Positions 28,901 to 36,428 of a stretch of DNA of 64,000 nucleotides are shown here, one piece after another. The translations under genes were made by a program, and so were the position numbers. Position 1 is the stretch's first letter, and each line of letters begins with the position of its first letter. The notes under the pieces were generated by a model, which was not told the origin of the DNA, searched no databases, and saw nothing but the letters and a program-made list of their open reading frames with translations. Where the stretch lies: contig JAQUJC010000004.1 in NCBI GenBank assembly GCA_028681135.1, positions 8,107 through 72,106 on the forward strand. The letters run 5' to 3'. This DNA is from Kiritimatiellia bacterium. GTDB lineage: Bacteria > Verrucomicrobiota > Kiritimatiellia > CAIQIC01 > Lenti-01.

Positions 28901-31900
28901 TTGGCCCAGGCTGTCCCCAAGCCGAAGTTGGCCATGGATGGCCCCGTCGCCGTGATTACGTCGCTGGGTGAATACTCGCCAGGCTTTAGCGCCTGAATAT
29001 CGTAGGCCACACCGGGAACCAGGCCATGCAACCCGTAGGAGCCATCGGCTTCAGATGTCGCCATGACATCCGGATACCCCGACGCCTGCCCGCGAATCAA
29101 GGCCTCTTCGATGGGTGCGCCGGTGAACAGATTGGTCACGAGACCATATACGCTTTCCCGCGTCGCGATTTCCAGGGTCAACATATCGGGATACGGCCCC
29201 AGACCGCCATCGGCGGTGGCGCTGTGGAAAACAGTGAAAGGCGTTTCCTGGGGAATATCCACCTCCGTCGACAGCGCCAATTGCGTCCCGCTCAAGGCCG
29301 AATCCCCTGGTTGCAGATCCCCGTAGAGAACATACGAAGTCGCAGGCGTCAAGGTCACCTCGGGCGTCGGCACGGTGACCGATGCCTGCACGTTGCTGAA
29401 GATCTGGGTCTGCATGGAATTGAAGACTTCCAAATTTAAGAAAAAGCTCTCACCTGGTTCGGCATGCCCATCGCCGTCCCCGCCGGCTGCGTCATCGATC
29501 TCATAACCGATGATATTGATGCCCGGCGGCAACACATTGGAGATGCGGACATCGTCAATATACCAGCCCGCCGCCACACCCTCATCGCCGGACTCAATAC
29601 GGAACCGCACCCGGATCGTTTGATTGGCGAACCCGGGCAGGTCGAGGCTCACCGCCTGCCAGCCCGCAGAGGAGCCGGTGACCAGCTCCGTGACGTTGAC
29701 CCAACCGGAGCCCCCGTTGACCTCGATGACGCCAAAATCGCTTTCCGCAAACTGATGCCACGACTGGAACTCAAGGCGGGGGCTCAACTTGACGGCCACC
29801 GGCGTGCTGACCAGCGATGCCAGGGCCAGAAGCGGATAATTGCCATCCAGAACGGTGCCCCAGAGCCGTTCGCCCGAGGTGGCGCCCGGAGGACCGTAGG
29901 ACGGCATGCCGTATTCCCAGCAGGTCACGTCGTTCAGGTTGGTGAACGTCCAACCGGCTTCGCCCGATTCCATGTCGTTTTCATAGACCGTGCGGCGGAC
30001 GGGGGTGATGAAGGTCAAGTAGTCCTCTTCGTTCGTGGAGGTCAGATCCGTCGGCGCCGAGGCCTTGTTCCCCGCGTAGTCCTCTGACAAAACGGCCATG
30101 ACGTATTTCGTCGAGCCTTCCACCGGGACCGTCACCGTATGCACGTATTGCGTCGTGGCGCCGATCACGGTCGGTGTGCTGACATAGGTGCCGCCGCCGA
30201 TTTCCGGCAGCAGCGCATCCAGCCCCCCGGGCGGAATTTCTGTCGTGAGGATGTAGCGGGAATCCGCCGGCTCATCCGTCGACCAGCCGACCGTCGCAAA
30301 ATCCTCCGCCACGTCCACCATCTGCACGTCGCTGATGACCGGCGGTGTATCGTCGATCAGGACTGAAATAGAGGCCGTTTTGAGACTCGGACTTTCATAG
30401 GTGACGGTCAGGGTGTCGTCCTCCACCGCCGTTGTGCCGCTGACCAGGTCAAACGAATTCGTGAATGTGGTTTCATCGACGCCGACCGTCAACAACGTCT
30501 CCGTGCTGGCCCACCGCACGACATCCAAGGGGTCCACGACTTCCACGGCCACGTCCACATCCGTCGGCAGAGGAGCAATCAACGTGGGGTCGTTCACCGT
30601 GACCTCGACCGTGGCGTCCGAACGATAAGCCTGGCGATCCAACGTGAGTTGCGGCCCCAGAGCAGCGATCGCGGCAAACAGGTCCAGTTCGCCGCCGGTG
30701 ACGGACTTGCCATCCAATGCCGGATTGGGCGCCACACTCTCCAAAATCGCGTCCCGGATCTCCTGATAGGTATAATCCGGATTGAGACTCCACAACAAGG
30801 CCGCCGCGCCCGCCACGTGCGGGCAGGCCATGGAGGTTCCTTGATACGAATCAAACTGATCGCCGGCCCCGCCGGGGACCGTGCTCAGAATATCCACGCC
30901 CGGCGCCGCCAAATCCACGCTTTCAAGCCCATAATTGGAAAATTCGGCCAGCGAACCGCCTTCCGCGATAGCCGCCACCGAGATGATGTTAGGCAAGTCG
31001 TAGCTGGCCGGATAGGCCGGGGTTTCGTCGTTGTCGTCACCCACTCCGTCAAAACCGCCGTTGCCCGCCGCCGCAATAAATAGCTGCCCGTACGTCTCCC
31101 CGGCCACTTTGATGGCATCATACAAGCCCTGGCTGGCACCGCCACCGCCCCAACTGTTGTTGGTGATCTTGATCTTCAGGGCCGTGTTGGTGGCCGCGTA
31201 TTCCACCGCGCGAATGGCATCGTCCGTACTGCCGTACGGATCCAGGAACTTCAGGCTGATCATCTTGACGTTCCAGTTCACGCCGACCACGCCGAACGTG
31301 TTGTTGCCGACCGCGCCAATGGTGCCGGCCACATGCGTGCCATGTCCGGCGTTATCCCGTTGATCAGCGGTGTTGTTGGCGAAATCATAGCTGCCCGGCG
31401 CGATATTGGCAGAAAGATCCTGATGCGTGGTAAGAATGCCCGTATCGATGACCCCGACGACAATCTCTGGGCTGCCAACGGAGATATCCCACGCTTCGGG
31501 CGCGCGGATGCGATCCATACCCCACAAATCGCCATCGACATAGGAAGGATCATCCGGGGTCGTCGCGTAGGCCCGCACGATGTAGTTGGGCTCGACATAC
31601 GCCACCGCCGGATGGGCCATGTATTGTTTGGCCACCTGGGCCATTGAAAGCCGCTGCGACAGCTTCACGTGGACAACCGGGGTGATCGAAAACTGCCCGA
31701 TCACCTGTGCGCCAAGCTGTTGATGAAGGGCATGGATGCTGGCCGCTGCCACACCCGGCTTGAAGCCGATCAGCAATTCGCCCGGGACATAGTCCTCGGT
31801 GAAAACCGGGCGGTTCCAATCCACCCCCGCTGGAGGGGCGGCCCACCCCATGCTGGCCATGAATAGGCTGCCCAGGAGCAGCCAAAATCCGCAACGTGCT

Positions 31901-31914
31901 CGATTGGTTTTCAT
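22984..31914 (-). CDS. Giant secreted multidomain protein (2976 aa). It has two complete inhibitor-I9 + subtilisin (S8) protease units, CARDB-like and carboxypeptidase-regulatory-like beta-sandwich domains, a six-repeat NHL beta-propeller, thrombospondin-type-3-like repeats, and the shared C-terminal module.
   Basis: A signal peptide is present. S8 unit 1 has the catalytic residues in VGVIDTG, HGTHVAG and GTSMACPHVAG, around nt 31530-30650. S8 unit 2 has them in IAVMDTG, HGTHVAGTVGA and SGTSMAAPHVAG, around nt 27560-26500. Both units are preceded by an I9-like propeptide. NHL repeats (NHRIQVF, NHRVQVFDPNG, NNRLQGF, NHRIQVLD, NNRLQKLE) lie around nt 24050-23270. Asp-rich repeats follow (DGDGDGMDDAWE, DDDGDGLLN, DTDGDGWDDGQE). 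The C-terminus reads ...YTVQSSSNLPSGEWGAV...GYTNTMDEPLQFFRPVRIP. Confidence 0.85.
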   Translation of the reverse strand: MKTNRARCGFWLLLGSLFMASMGWAAPPAGVDWNRPVFTEDYVPGELLIGFKPGVAAASIHALHQQLGAQVIGQFSITPVVHVKLSQRLSMAQVAKQYMAHPAVAYVEPNYIVRAYATTPDDPSYVDGDLWGMDRIRAPEAWDISVGSPEIVVGVIDTGILTTHQDLSANIAPGSYDFANNTADQRDNAGHGTHVAGTIGAVGNNTFGVVGVNWNVKMISLKFLDPYGSTDDAIRAVEYAATNTALKIKITNNSWGGGGASQGLYDAIKVAGETYGQLFIAAAGNGGFDGVGDDNDETPAYPASYDLPNIISVAAIAEGGSLAEFSNYGLESVDLAAPGVDILSTVPGGAGDQFDSYQGTSMACPHVAGAAALLWSLNPDYTYQEIRDAILESVAPNPALDGKSVTGGELDLFAAIAALGPQLTLDRQAYRSDATVEVTVNDPTLIAPLPTDVDVAVEVVDPLDVVRWASTETLLTVGVDETTFTNSFDLVSGTTAVEDDTLTVTYESPSLKTASISVLIDDTPPVISDVQMVDVAEDFATVGWSTDEPADSRYILTTEIPPGGLDALLPEIGGGTYVSTPTVIGATTQYVHTVTVPVEGSTKYVMAVLSEDYAGNKASAPTDLTSTNEEDYLTFITPVRRTVYENDMESGEAGWTFTNLNDVTCWEYGMPSYGPPGATSGERLWGTVLDGNYPLLALASLVSTPVAVKLSPRLEFQSWHQFAESDFGVIEVNGGSGWVNVTELVTGSSAGWQAVSLDLPGFANQTIRVRFRIESGDEGVAAGWYIDDVRISNVLPPGINIIGYEIDDAAGGDGDGHAEPGESFFLNLEVFNSMQTQIFSNVQASVTVPTPEVTLTPATSYVLYGDLQPGDSALSGTQLALSTEVDIPQETPFTVFHSATADGGLGPYPDMLTLEIATRESVYGLVTNLFTGAPIEEALIRGQASGYPDVMATSEADGSYGLHGLVPGVAYDIQALKPGEYSPSDVITATGPSMANFGLGTAWANAAPLIYEWEVNEGESALDTLSLDNAAGDLPLSYEIVVDVAAHPAMTEVPIWLTTDPSAGVVPVGAGAPVALTADASALAASEQPYEAVIRLMSNDAGGEDILIPASLTVMASPTLYVYGVRVTGGDGDAFAEPGEAVDMDIMLGNSGSLLALSLEGVLSYTGADATTVTQPNASWAHVLPGGVEGPVLDPPLAEYPQIQIDPLAGEGDVLPFSLEVTDADARVTTHTFDLTVTVRYAISGQVTDLDTTDPVEGAVVKAVSDRGTVQTLTDAAGDYSLFGLTNNTYDVYVLPPAPYGAPPSSNVVIASANAENVDFEVAAWGISALPTNIVVNLPEGVETNLTLDLTNDGPYAGFVEIGLELVQGVPHDRIGSLDLPEIDWTALPSEAVEQELLVRFEDGSAIQAQASALAAVGGQVLRRYHGVSAAHVRVPGNLSMEWVANTLTTDAAIRYVEPNYRREVFAVPNDALYSQMYGLDNTRQTGGTLAEDIRAQEAWDTTVGNTNVVIAVMDTGVKLDHVDLADNLVAGYDFGDDDPDPSPDPVAGVEHGTHVAGTVGASGGNGIGVAGVNWHSKIMPLKVATVGVNELGIEEAVLSSDAILAALEYAVDNGVKISNHSYGGYYFSGVEYEMIEYAMANEHLFVAAAGNEAVNNDDDQPYRSYPASYNLDNIISVAATDHDGALADFSNYGAQSVDIAAPGVDILSTYMYGTLDAYERLSGTSMAAPHVAGVAGLLKSVAPWATYDMLRDAIMLGARRDPVLEGVVSSAGHLDAAAALEHIQAFWLQVDTHRANIVSLDTLSVGVTINAGGQLPAGSYIAHIVVRGGANELSIPVTVNVAPAPVPVITDVAVDDQATGDGDRHAEPAETVDLFIRLLNDGSALYMSPTGTLTSTTPGVTIVQGTATWPGISSGDQQVNLAGFRVTLPNATGDVDFTLTLANGVLPFTLPVAPRQTISGTVRDALTAAGLAGLTVEYWGASSGRVLTESNGSYRIDGLEDGTYRFRVLGESHETPPATIRTLVGGNQIADFSLRRPEIAFGATQMVFAAQAGQDQEQTLLFSNLSVDEFEFDILTAQPRKIALISDRNALALVQPVLEQAGWTVSMWSNNLVTVEGVLTGRHSTDPEAILPQDLVILDLGGTAGTGRLLSVAEESLLQTYLNQGGKLIVVGAHVLSRPDDRRLRDLVGSDSLDRAPEAEDMAELVQALPIDPFWVDIQPGDHVAVTSMAYDEATVDTNEAPAVYFGVEGASKLMRRETGTGGVVILWNGNQDAAEWQTRGAWQDVLRGLVENELLEAVPWLNASPVSASVDNSELPVTLKAESAGLTIGLHEAVLIIRGNYPGAVVQAIPVTFNVVQPTLRVQSSTGVKNWMNQFLSGTGGAEASLFQLVYAGPDGVVNLPASDGSTTGDDTVLFTFPFNKNHGRIGVGYEWLPELGRFDEIFHHDFMETTPVRNVYVRAWDAATFEGSVAYGDSGVYALDLSANETHDFGTWVVDQVLGYPGSLATVRDSNGDSIPDGYCILNGMDPRAPIVPLEAEWTLEQVAGTIGSETNQFHFPTRLFLTNQFVFVLDRQNNRVSVWDRTTLTHVLTYGSDGTNAGQFATPYGLGKAPNADRFAVADSANHRIQVFTFNPTTGAVVFERQFGSYGSAVGQFNNPRDVAIGPLGRFYVADKDNHRVQVFDPNGVQLFSFGVFGTANGQMNSPQGITVDEHGIVYVADTENNRLQGFTSGGTFLWKTGSFGTGAGQFNKPMSIQIGLGNRLFVADTSNHRIQVLDSSRAHVGSLGQQGGGDGQVSFPHDAAPSLMSSSIIVADTWNNRLQKLEATVDGDGDGMDDAWEVLNGLDPTNPLDALLDDDGDGLLNIGEFRLQTDPQNPDTDGDGWDDGQEVAHSGDPTDPAVGPFVANVSSSTPFSVRWLGRAGAIYTVQSSSNLPSGEWGAVPGAVFTATVDGVMGYTNTMDEPLQFFRPVRIP

Positions 31915-32489
31915 AATTGATCGGACTCCTCCGCCGAGCGGGTCGCACCCGCTTCCTCGAGTTCAGGCGCGGCATCCTCGGCCATGTCCGCCTGTTTCTT
32001 TTCCAACGCCTGCAGTTCAAGCTGGACCCGGACCCGGTCGTTGGCCAGTTTCATGGTCTCGCGCCTGATCTCACTTGAACGCCCGACAACGACGGTTTGT
32101 CGGGAGGTGAACGCCACATAATTGGTATGTTCTGACATGCGTTGCGCCAGTGCTTCTTGCTGGGCATGCAAATCGCGCTGCATCGCTTCGATTTGCTCCA
32201 CCATTTCCCGTAATTCTTCGTCGGTATCCAATAGGTGCTGGCGAAGTTCAAACTGTTCGCGCTGTGCCTCGCGCGCCTGCGTCATCAACCCCTTTTTTTC
32301 GTCGTCAAGCACAGCCATCTGGCTATCAATCCGCTCGACCCGATTCCGAGCCTCGTGAATCTGTTCTTCCAATTCTTCCGCCGTTGGCATGAACGCCCCA
32401 GTCTGAGTTTCGTTCGCCAAGCCTACGAACGGAAATACTGCGATCAAGACCGCAAGAAAAGCAACTGAATAGACACGGCAAAACAACAT
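31911..32489 (-). CDS. Small signal-anchored coiled-coil protein (192 aa). It is translationally coupled to giant protein 2 by a 4-nt overlap.
   Basis: A preferred start gives MLFCRVYSVAFLAVLIAVFPFVGLANE..., a signal or TM segment followed by a long coiled coil (EELEEQIHEARNRVERIDSQMAVLDDEKKGLMTQAREAQREQFELRQ...). The stop overlaps the ATG of the giant gene. The architecture is paralogous to 22328..22888. Confidence 0.65.
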   Translation of the reverse strand: MLFCRVYSVAFLAVLIAVFPFVGLANETQTGAFMPTAEELEEQIHEARNRVERIDSQMAVLDDEKKGLMTQAREAQREQFELRQHLLDTDEELREMVEQIEAMQRDLHAQQEALAQRMSEHTNYVAFTSRQTVVVGRSSEIRRETMKLANDRVRVQLELQALEKKQADMAEDAAPELEEAGATRSAEESDQL

Positions 32490-32806
32490 GCTTAACCTCT
32501 CCTTCTCGATGCGCCACAAAATGGGCCCAGTCAGCCCAATCCTGCAGAAAGTGCGGGTTCTTTTGCATGGCCTACGCACAACCCGCACCTGCTTTATTCA
32601 TCATGCGTTGTTCCTTCACTGCCAAGAGATAGGCCTCATGCCCTATTTACGGTGAGTAGACCGCAAAAATGAGGGGCTGGCAATCAAAAAAATGCCGCAG
32701 CGCCTTGCGGAGCTTCTACGATTGGATAGAGGGGTCAGCGGAGACGCCGCCAGACAGCGGGGGCGATGGTTGGTAGAGCTAAAAATCGGCGATGCAGTTG
32801 CCGACG

Positions 32807-33691
32807 CTACACCGTATCCATGAAAGTCCGCTCCACGCGGTTAAAAACCGCCATGCCCAGCAGCAGCAGCAGCACCGTAAATCCCCCTGAATAGGCCAAA
32901 TAAGCCCACGAAAACACCCCCGTGCCGAAAAATCCGTAGCGGAACGTCTCGACAATGGCCGTCAGCGGATTGGCGGCAATGATCCAACGGTAGTGGTCTG
33001 GCATGGTCGACAGCGGATAAATCACCGGCGTGGCATACATCCATAACTGCACCCCGAAGCCCACCAACACTTGTAAATCACGGTATTTTGTCGTCAGCGA
33101 TGAAATAATCACCCCGAAGCCCAAGCCCAAGCCCGCCATCATCAGCAGCAGCAGCGGCAGCAGCCCCACCGCCCAATTGGGCTGAATTGGCGCGCCTTTT
33201 GCCCAAAACAGGCCATATACGAACAGAAAAAACGTAAATTGAATGGAAAAAGCGATCAATTGCGACATCACGACGGAAACCGGCACCACCATGCGCGGAA
33301 AATACACCTTCCCGAAAATTCCCGCGTTGGCAATAAAGGTGTTGGAGGTGCGCGTCAGACAGTTGGCAAAGTAGCTCCAGACCGTTGTCCCGGCCATATA
33401 AAAGACGAATTGCGGCACTTTGTCAGTCGGCAGCCCCGCAATGCGCCCAAACACCACCGTAAACATCAGCGTGGTCAGCAACGGTTGGATAATGTGCCAC
33501 AGGGGTCCCAGAATGGTCTGCTTGTACGACGCCACGAAATCGCGGCGCACAAACAGCCCCATCAGGTCGCGATAACGCCACAAATCCTTAAAATGCAGGT
33601 CAAACCAGCCCTTGGGCGGCTCGATGACCAAATCCCAACCGTTTGCGTCTGTCTGGAGTGCCATAGCCGGAAAATATCCCAAAGCCCCCAC
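32807..33691 (-). CDS. ABC-2 type polysaccharide/O-antigen export permease (Wzm/KpsM/TagG family). No cognate ATPase gene is adjacent.
   Basis: The 294-aa product has six predicted TM helices and the ABC-2 signature region (FVRRDFVASYKQTILGPLWHIIQPLLTTLMFTVVFGRIA). An alternative start is at 33664. Confidence 0.75.
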   Translation of the reverse strand: MGALGYFPAMALQTDANGWDLVIEPPKGWFDLHFKDLWRYRDLMGLFVRRDFVASYKQTILGPLWHIIQPLLTTLMFTVVFGRIAGLPTDKVPQFVFYMAGTTVWSYFANCLTRTSNTFIANAGIFGKVYFPRMVVPVSVVMSQLIAFSIQFTFFLFVYGLFWAKGAPIQPNWAVGLLPLLLLMMAGLGLGFGVIISSLTTKYRDLQVLVGFGVQLWMYATPVIYPLSTMPDHYRWIIAANPLTAIVETFRYGFFGTGVFSWAYLAYSGGFTVLLLLLGMAVFNRVERTFMDTV

Positions 33692-33721
33692 GGGAAGTCA
33701 ATCGCAGACGCCACAGCGCGA

Positions 33722-34214
33722 AGATGGATACCTTTGGAGAATGCTTCGGGAAAGCAGGAAGGCCGGAAAAAGCAGTTTTGGGACCGATTTTGATGGTTTT
33801 TGGGGATGAAAATGCGCAAAATCGGACAAAACACCAGGAAAACCGCTCTTTTTAGCCCATTTTAGCCTCAATGGGGCAAAAATCTCTATTTTGAGCATAT
33901 TTCGCGCCGTTTTTTCCTGCAATGCCCGCCAGCGGGCTCTCTGCTGTGGAAAACGCCGACATAGACGCCCCTCCCCTTGTTCAATTTCCCTGTTCACACC
34001 TTGTCTCGGTTATTATTATATGTGAGACAAGCTGGAAATTGAGTTCACCTATCTACATGGTGGGCAGGATAATAGATGGCAGTCTCGGTTATTATTATAT
34101 GTGAGACTCGGGGGCTCATATGGCGATTGGGACACACGTTGCCCCGTCTATTTTGTTTGCGGTTCCAATCAGGTGATTATGGAATGAGTGTCTTGTTTCG
34201 GACGTCAGGCAGCT
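33722..34214. repeat. Copy 1 of a ~492-bp segmental direct repeat. It is upstream of the Wzm gene and downstream of the GT-C gene.
   Basis: It is ~97-99% identical to 35938..36428. It contains a ~150-bp low-GC tract and two 26-bp AT-rich palindromes. Confidence 0.85.
34003..34107. promoter_or_regulatory. Pair of 26-bp AT-rich palindrome-ended motifs (GTCTCGGTTATTATTATATGTGAGAC), 79 bp apart, inside repeat copy 1.
   Basis: The motifs sit at 34003-34028 and 34082-34107. The same pair recurs at 36217-36242 and 36296-36321. Each has GTCTC/GAGAC inverted ends around a 16-bp AT-only core, in a GC-rich genome. Confidence 0.55.
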
Positions 34215-34322
34215 GTCCGCCCGTGGAGGAAATGGCATGGCTGGGCCCCCTTTGGAGAATGCATCTGGAAATCAGGAAAAGGAGACACAGTCGAGCGGCC
34301 ATTTTTTGAAAGGATTAACCGG

Positions 34323-35612
34323 CTATTGGGCTATTCCGACTGACGGGGCTTGGTCGGCATGAGAGCGGCGCACCTCCCGGGCGGCCACCGCCCACAAGCC
34401 CACCAGCGCCAGGCGTCCCGCCCACCGCACCGCATGCGCCCAGGGCGCGTCCGGAATATAGAAGGGGTCCGAAAGAGCCAGTCCCAGCACGGTGCCCAGC
34501 ACCAAGCCGCCGACCGCCCATCCGCGGTGGCGTGGGGACGCGACCGCCTGGCTGGCAAACCATACCAACGCAAAGGCCAGCAAGACAAAATCGTGCCGTT
34601 CATGATACGTCCATGCCAGATTAGCCAGGCTCAGCAGAACAAAATGCGCCTCCCAGCGGGCCCGACGGTAGCGCCAACACCAGAGGCCGACAAGCACCCA
34701 GATGCCCAGGACTACCGCCATGGCCTGAGCCGTGTTTTCCCATCCCAGTGCATTCAACACTTCCTGGATCGTGAAAGCCCCTTGCAACACATAGCGGCAC
34801 AGGTCCATCCACTGGCCAATCAACACCCAGGGCCATTCCCATAGCCAAATCGCCGGTAGAATCGTCAGCACCAGCCCGGCCACAAAGGCGGTCCAGATCG
34901 GAACCCATTTCCAGCGAATCAGTGGGATAAAAAAGAATAACAGGACTAGCGACGGCTTGATCAGCGCCGCCAAAAACAACCAGCCAGCCACCACCGGCCG
35001 CCGCTCAATCTCACGCACCGCCAGCCAGGCACACAGCAGCGAGACCAGCCCCGCCTGCCCATTTTGAATCACATATTGCAGCGGCGGCCACCAGAGACAC
35101 ACGACGGCCACGGCCCCCCCGGCCGCCGCACGCGGCCAGCGGGTTTCCGTCTGGAACCAGTTTCCCAATTGCCACAGCAGCAGCAGCAACACCGCCAGAT
35201 TCGCGCTGGTATAGACCGGTAGCAACAGCCATTCTGGTAGGAACCCGAGCGTGGGCATCAGCATGGACATGGTGGAGGGCGGGTACGTCGCCTCGGGCGG
35301 CGGCTGACCCGGCAGCATGCCCGGGGTGTCGGGAGTCCAATCGGCACTGGAGATCGAATAGATGCGCTGCTCTTTCAGCCGCACCCGGTCGCTGCCGGTC
35401 ACCGGGCCAAAGGTGTCATGCAGCAGCCGCTGCGCCAATTCATAGGGATTGATGCGCGCGCGCACATATTGGCAGACCACCCATTGCCGCGACGCATCGG
35501 ACCAGCCCCGCATGGTCCAACCCCGCTGAGCGCTATAGCCCGTATATAGCAAACCGAGAGCCAGGGCCAGCACCCCCACACCCTGCCGCATCTTTTTTGC
35601 CCGTGTACTCAT
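34323..35612 (-). CDS. GT-C fold integral membrane glycosyltransferase (DUF2029/GT87-like). It is flanked by the ~492-bp direct repeats.
   Basis: The product is multi-TM with ALIKPSLVLLFFFIPLIRWKW and WLWEWPW motifs typical of DUF2029/PimE-like mannosyltransferases. The preferred start is MSTRAKKMRQG (35612). The track ORF extends to 35774. Confidence 0.55.
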   Translation of the reverse strand: MSTRAKKMRQGVGVLALALGLLYTGYSAQRGWTMRGWSDASRQWVVCQYVRARINPYELAQRLLHDTFGPVTGSDRVRLKEQRIYSISSADWTPDTPGMLPGQPPPEATYPPSTMSMLMPTLGFLPEWLLLPVYTSANLAVLLLLLWQLGNWFQTETRWPRAAAGGAVAVVCLWWPPLQYVIQNGQAGLVSLLCAWLAVREIERRPVVAGWLFLAALIKPSLVLLFFFIPLIRWKWVPIWTAFVAGLVLTILPAIWLWEWPWVLIGQWMDLCRYVLQGAFTIQEVLNALGWENTAQAMAVVLGIWVLVGLWCWRYRRARWEAHFVLLSLANLAWTYHERHDFVLLAFALVWFASQAVASPRHRGWAVGGLVLGTVLGLALSDPFYIPDAPWAHAVRWAGRLALVGLWAVAAREVRRSHADQAPSVGIAQ

Positions 35613-35937
35613 GGCGGGATGTTTACCAAACTCGCGCCCCCCTGACCACGCGATTTTTGTAAGGGCTGGTGGTGGGTGGTCCGTGGTTTTGGAATTGCGC
35701 GCCCAATGACAACTTAGACAGTGTCCGCTCGAGCGGCCGGGCCCAGCGCAGACTGTTTGGAAATACACACGCAAAAACCAGGCTCTGCACGATAAAGTCG
35801 GCCTGGATCAGCATGCGCCATGCCCATGCCGGACACACTAGCCTGCATTATTCAGGCTAGGTGCGCCCCTGGGCGCGCCAGATCGGGGGCAAATCGTACA
35901 GCCGCCGCGCTCATCGAGCCCAGCACCATGGCCCGAA

Positions 35938-36428
35938 GACGGAAACCTTTGGAGAATGCTTCGGGAAAGCAGGAAGGCCGGAAAAAGCAGTTTTTGGGCC
36001 GATTTTGATGGTTTTTGGGGATGAAAATGCGTAAAATCGGACAAAACACCAGGAAAAACGCTCTTTTTAGCCCATTTTAGCCTCAATGGGGCAAAATCTC
36101 TATTTTGAGCATATTTCGCGCCGTTTTTTCCTGCGATGCCCGCCAGCGGGCTCTCTGCTGTGGAAAACCCCGACATAGACGCCCCTCCCCTTGTTTGATT
36201 TCCCTGTTCACACCTTGTCTCGGTTATTATTATATGTGAGACAAACTGGAAATTGAGTCCATTTATCTAACTGGTGGGCAAGATAATAGATGGCAGTCTC
36301 GGTTATTATTATATGTGAGACTCGGGGGCTCATATGGCGATTGGGACACACGTTGCCCCGTCTATTTTGTTTGCGGTTCCAATCAGGTGATTATGGGATG
36401 AGTGTCTTGTTTCGGACGTCAGGCAGCT
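35938..36428. repeat. Copy 2 of the ~492-bp segmental direct repeat, lying between the divergent GT-C and GT2 genes.
   Basis: See copy 1. It contains the palindromes at 36217-36242 and 36296-36321. Confidence 0.85.

Noticed and set aside
33698-33997. Pair of homologous small ORFs (33698..33997 and 35838..36176, minus strand) just upstream of the Wzm and GT-C genes. They share the FAPLRLKWAKKSGFPGVLSDF..LLFPAFLLSRSILQR stretch.
   Set aside because: The shared amino-acid stretch simply reflects the ~98% nucleotide identity of the 492-bp duplicated cassette. The N-termini are in different frames in the two copies, and the ORFs run out of the repeat to arbitrary stops. Codon composition is atypical. 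They are treated as non-coding.
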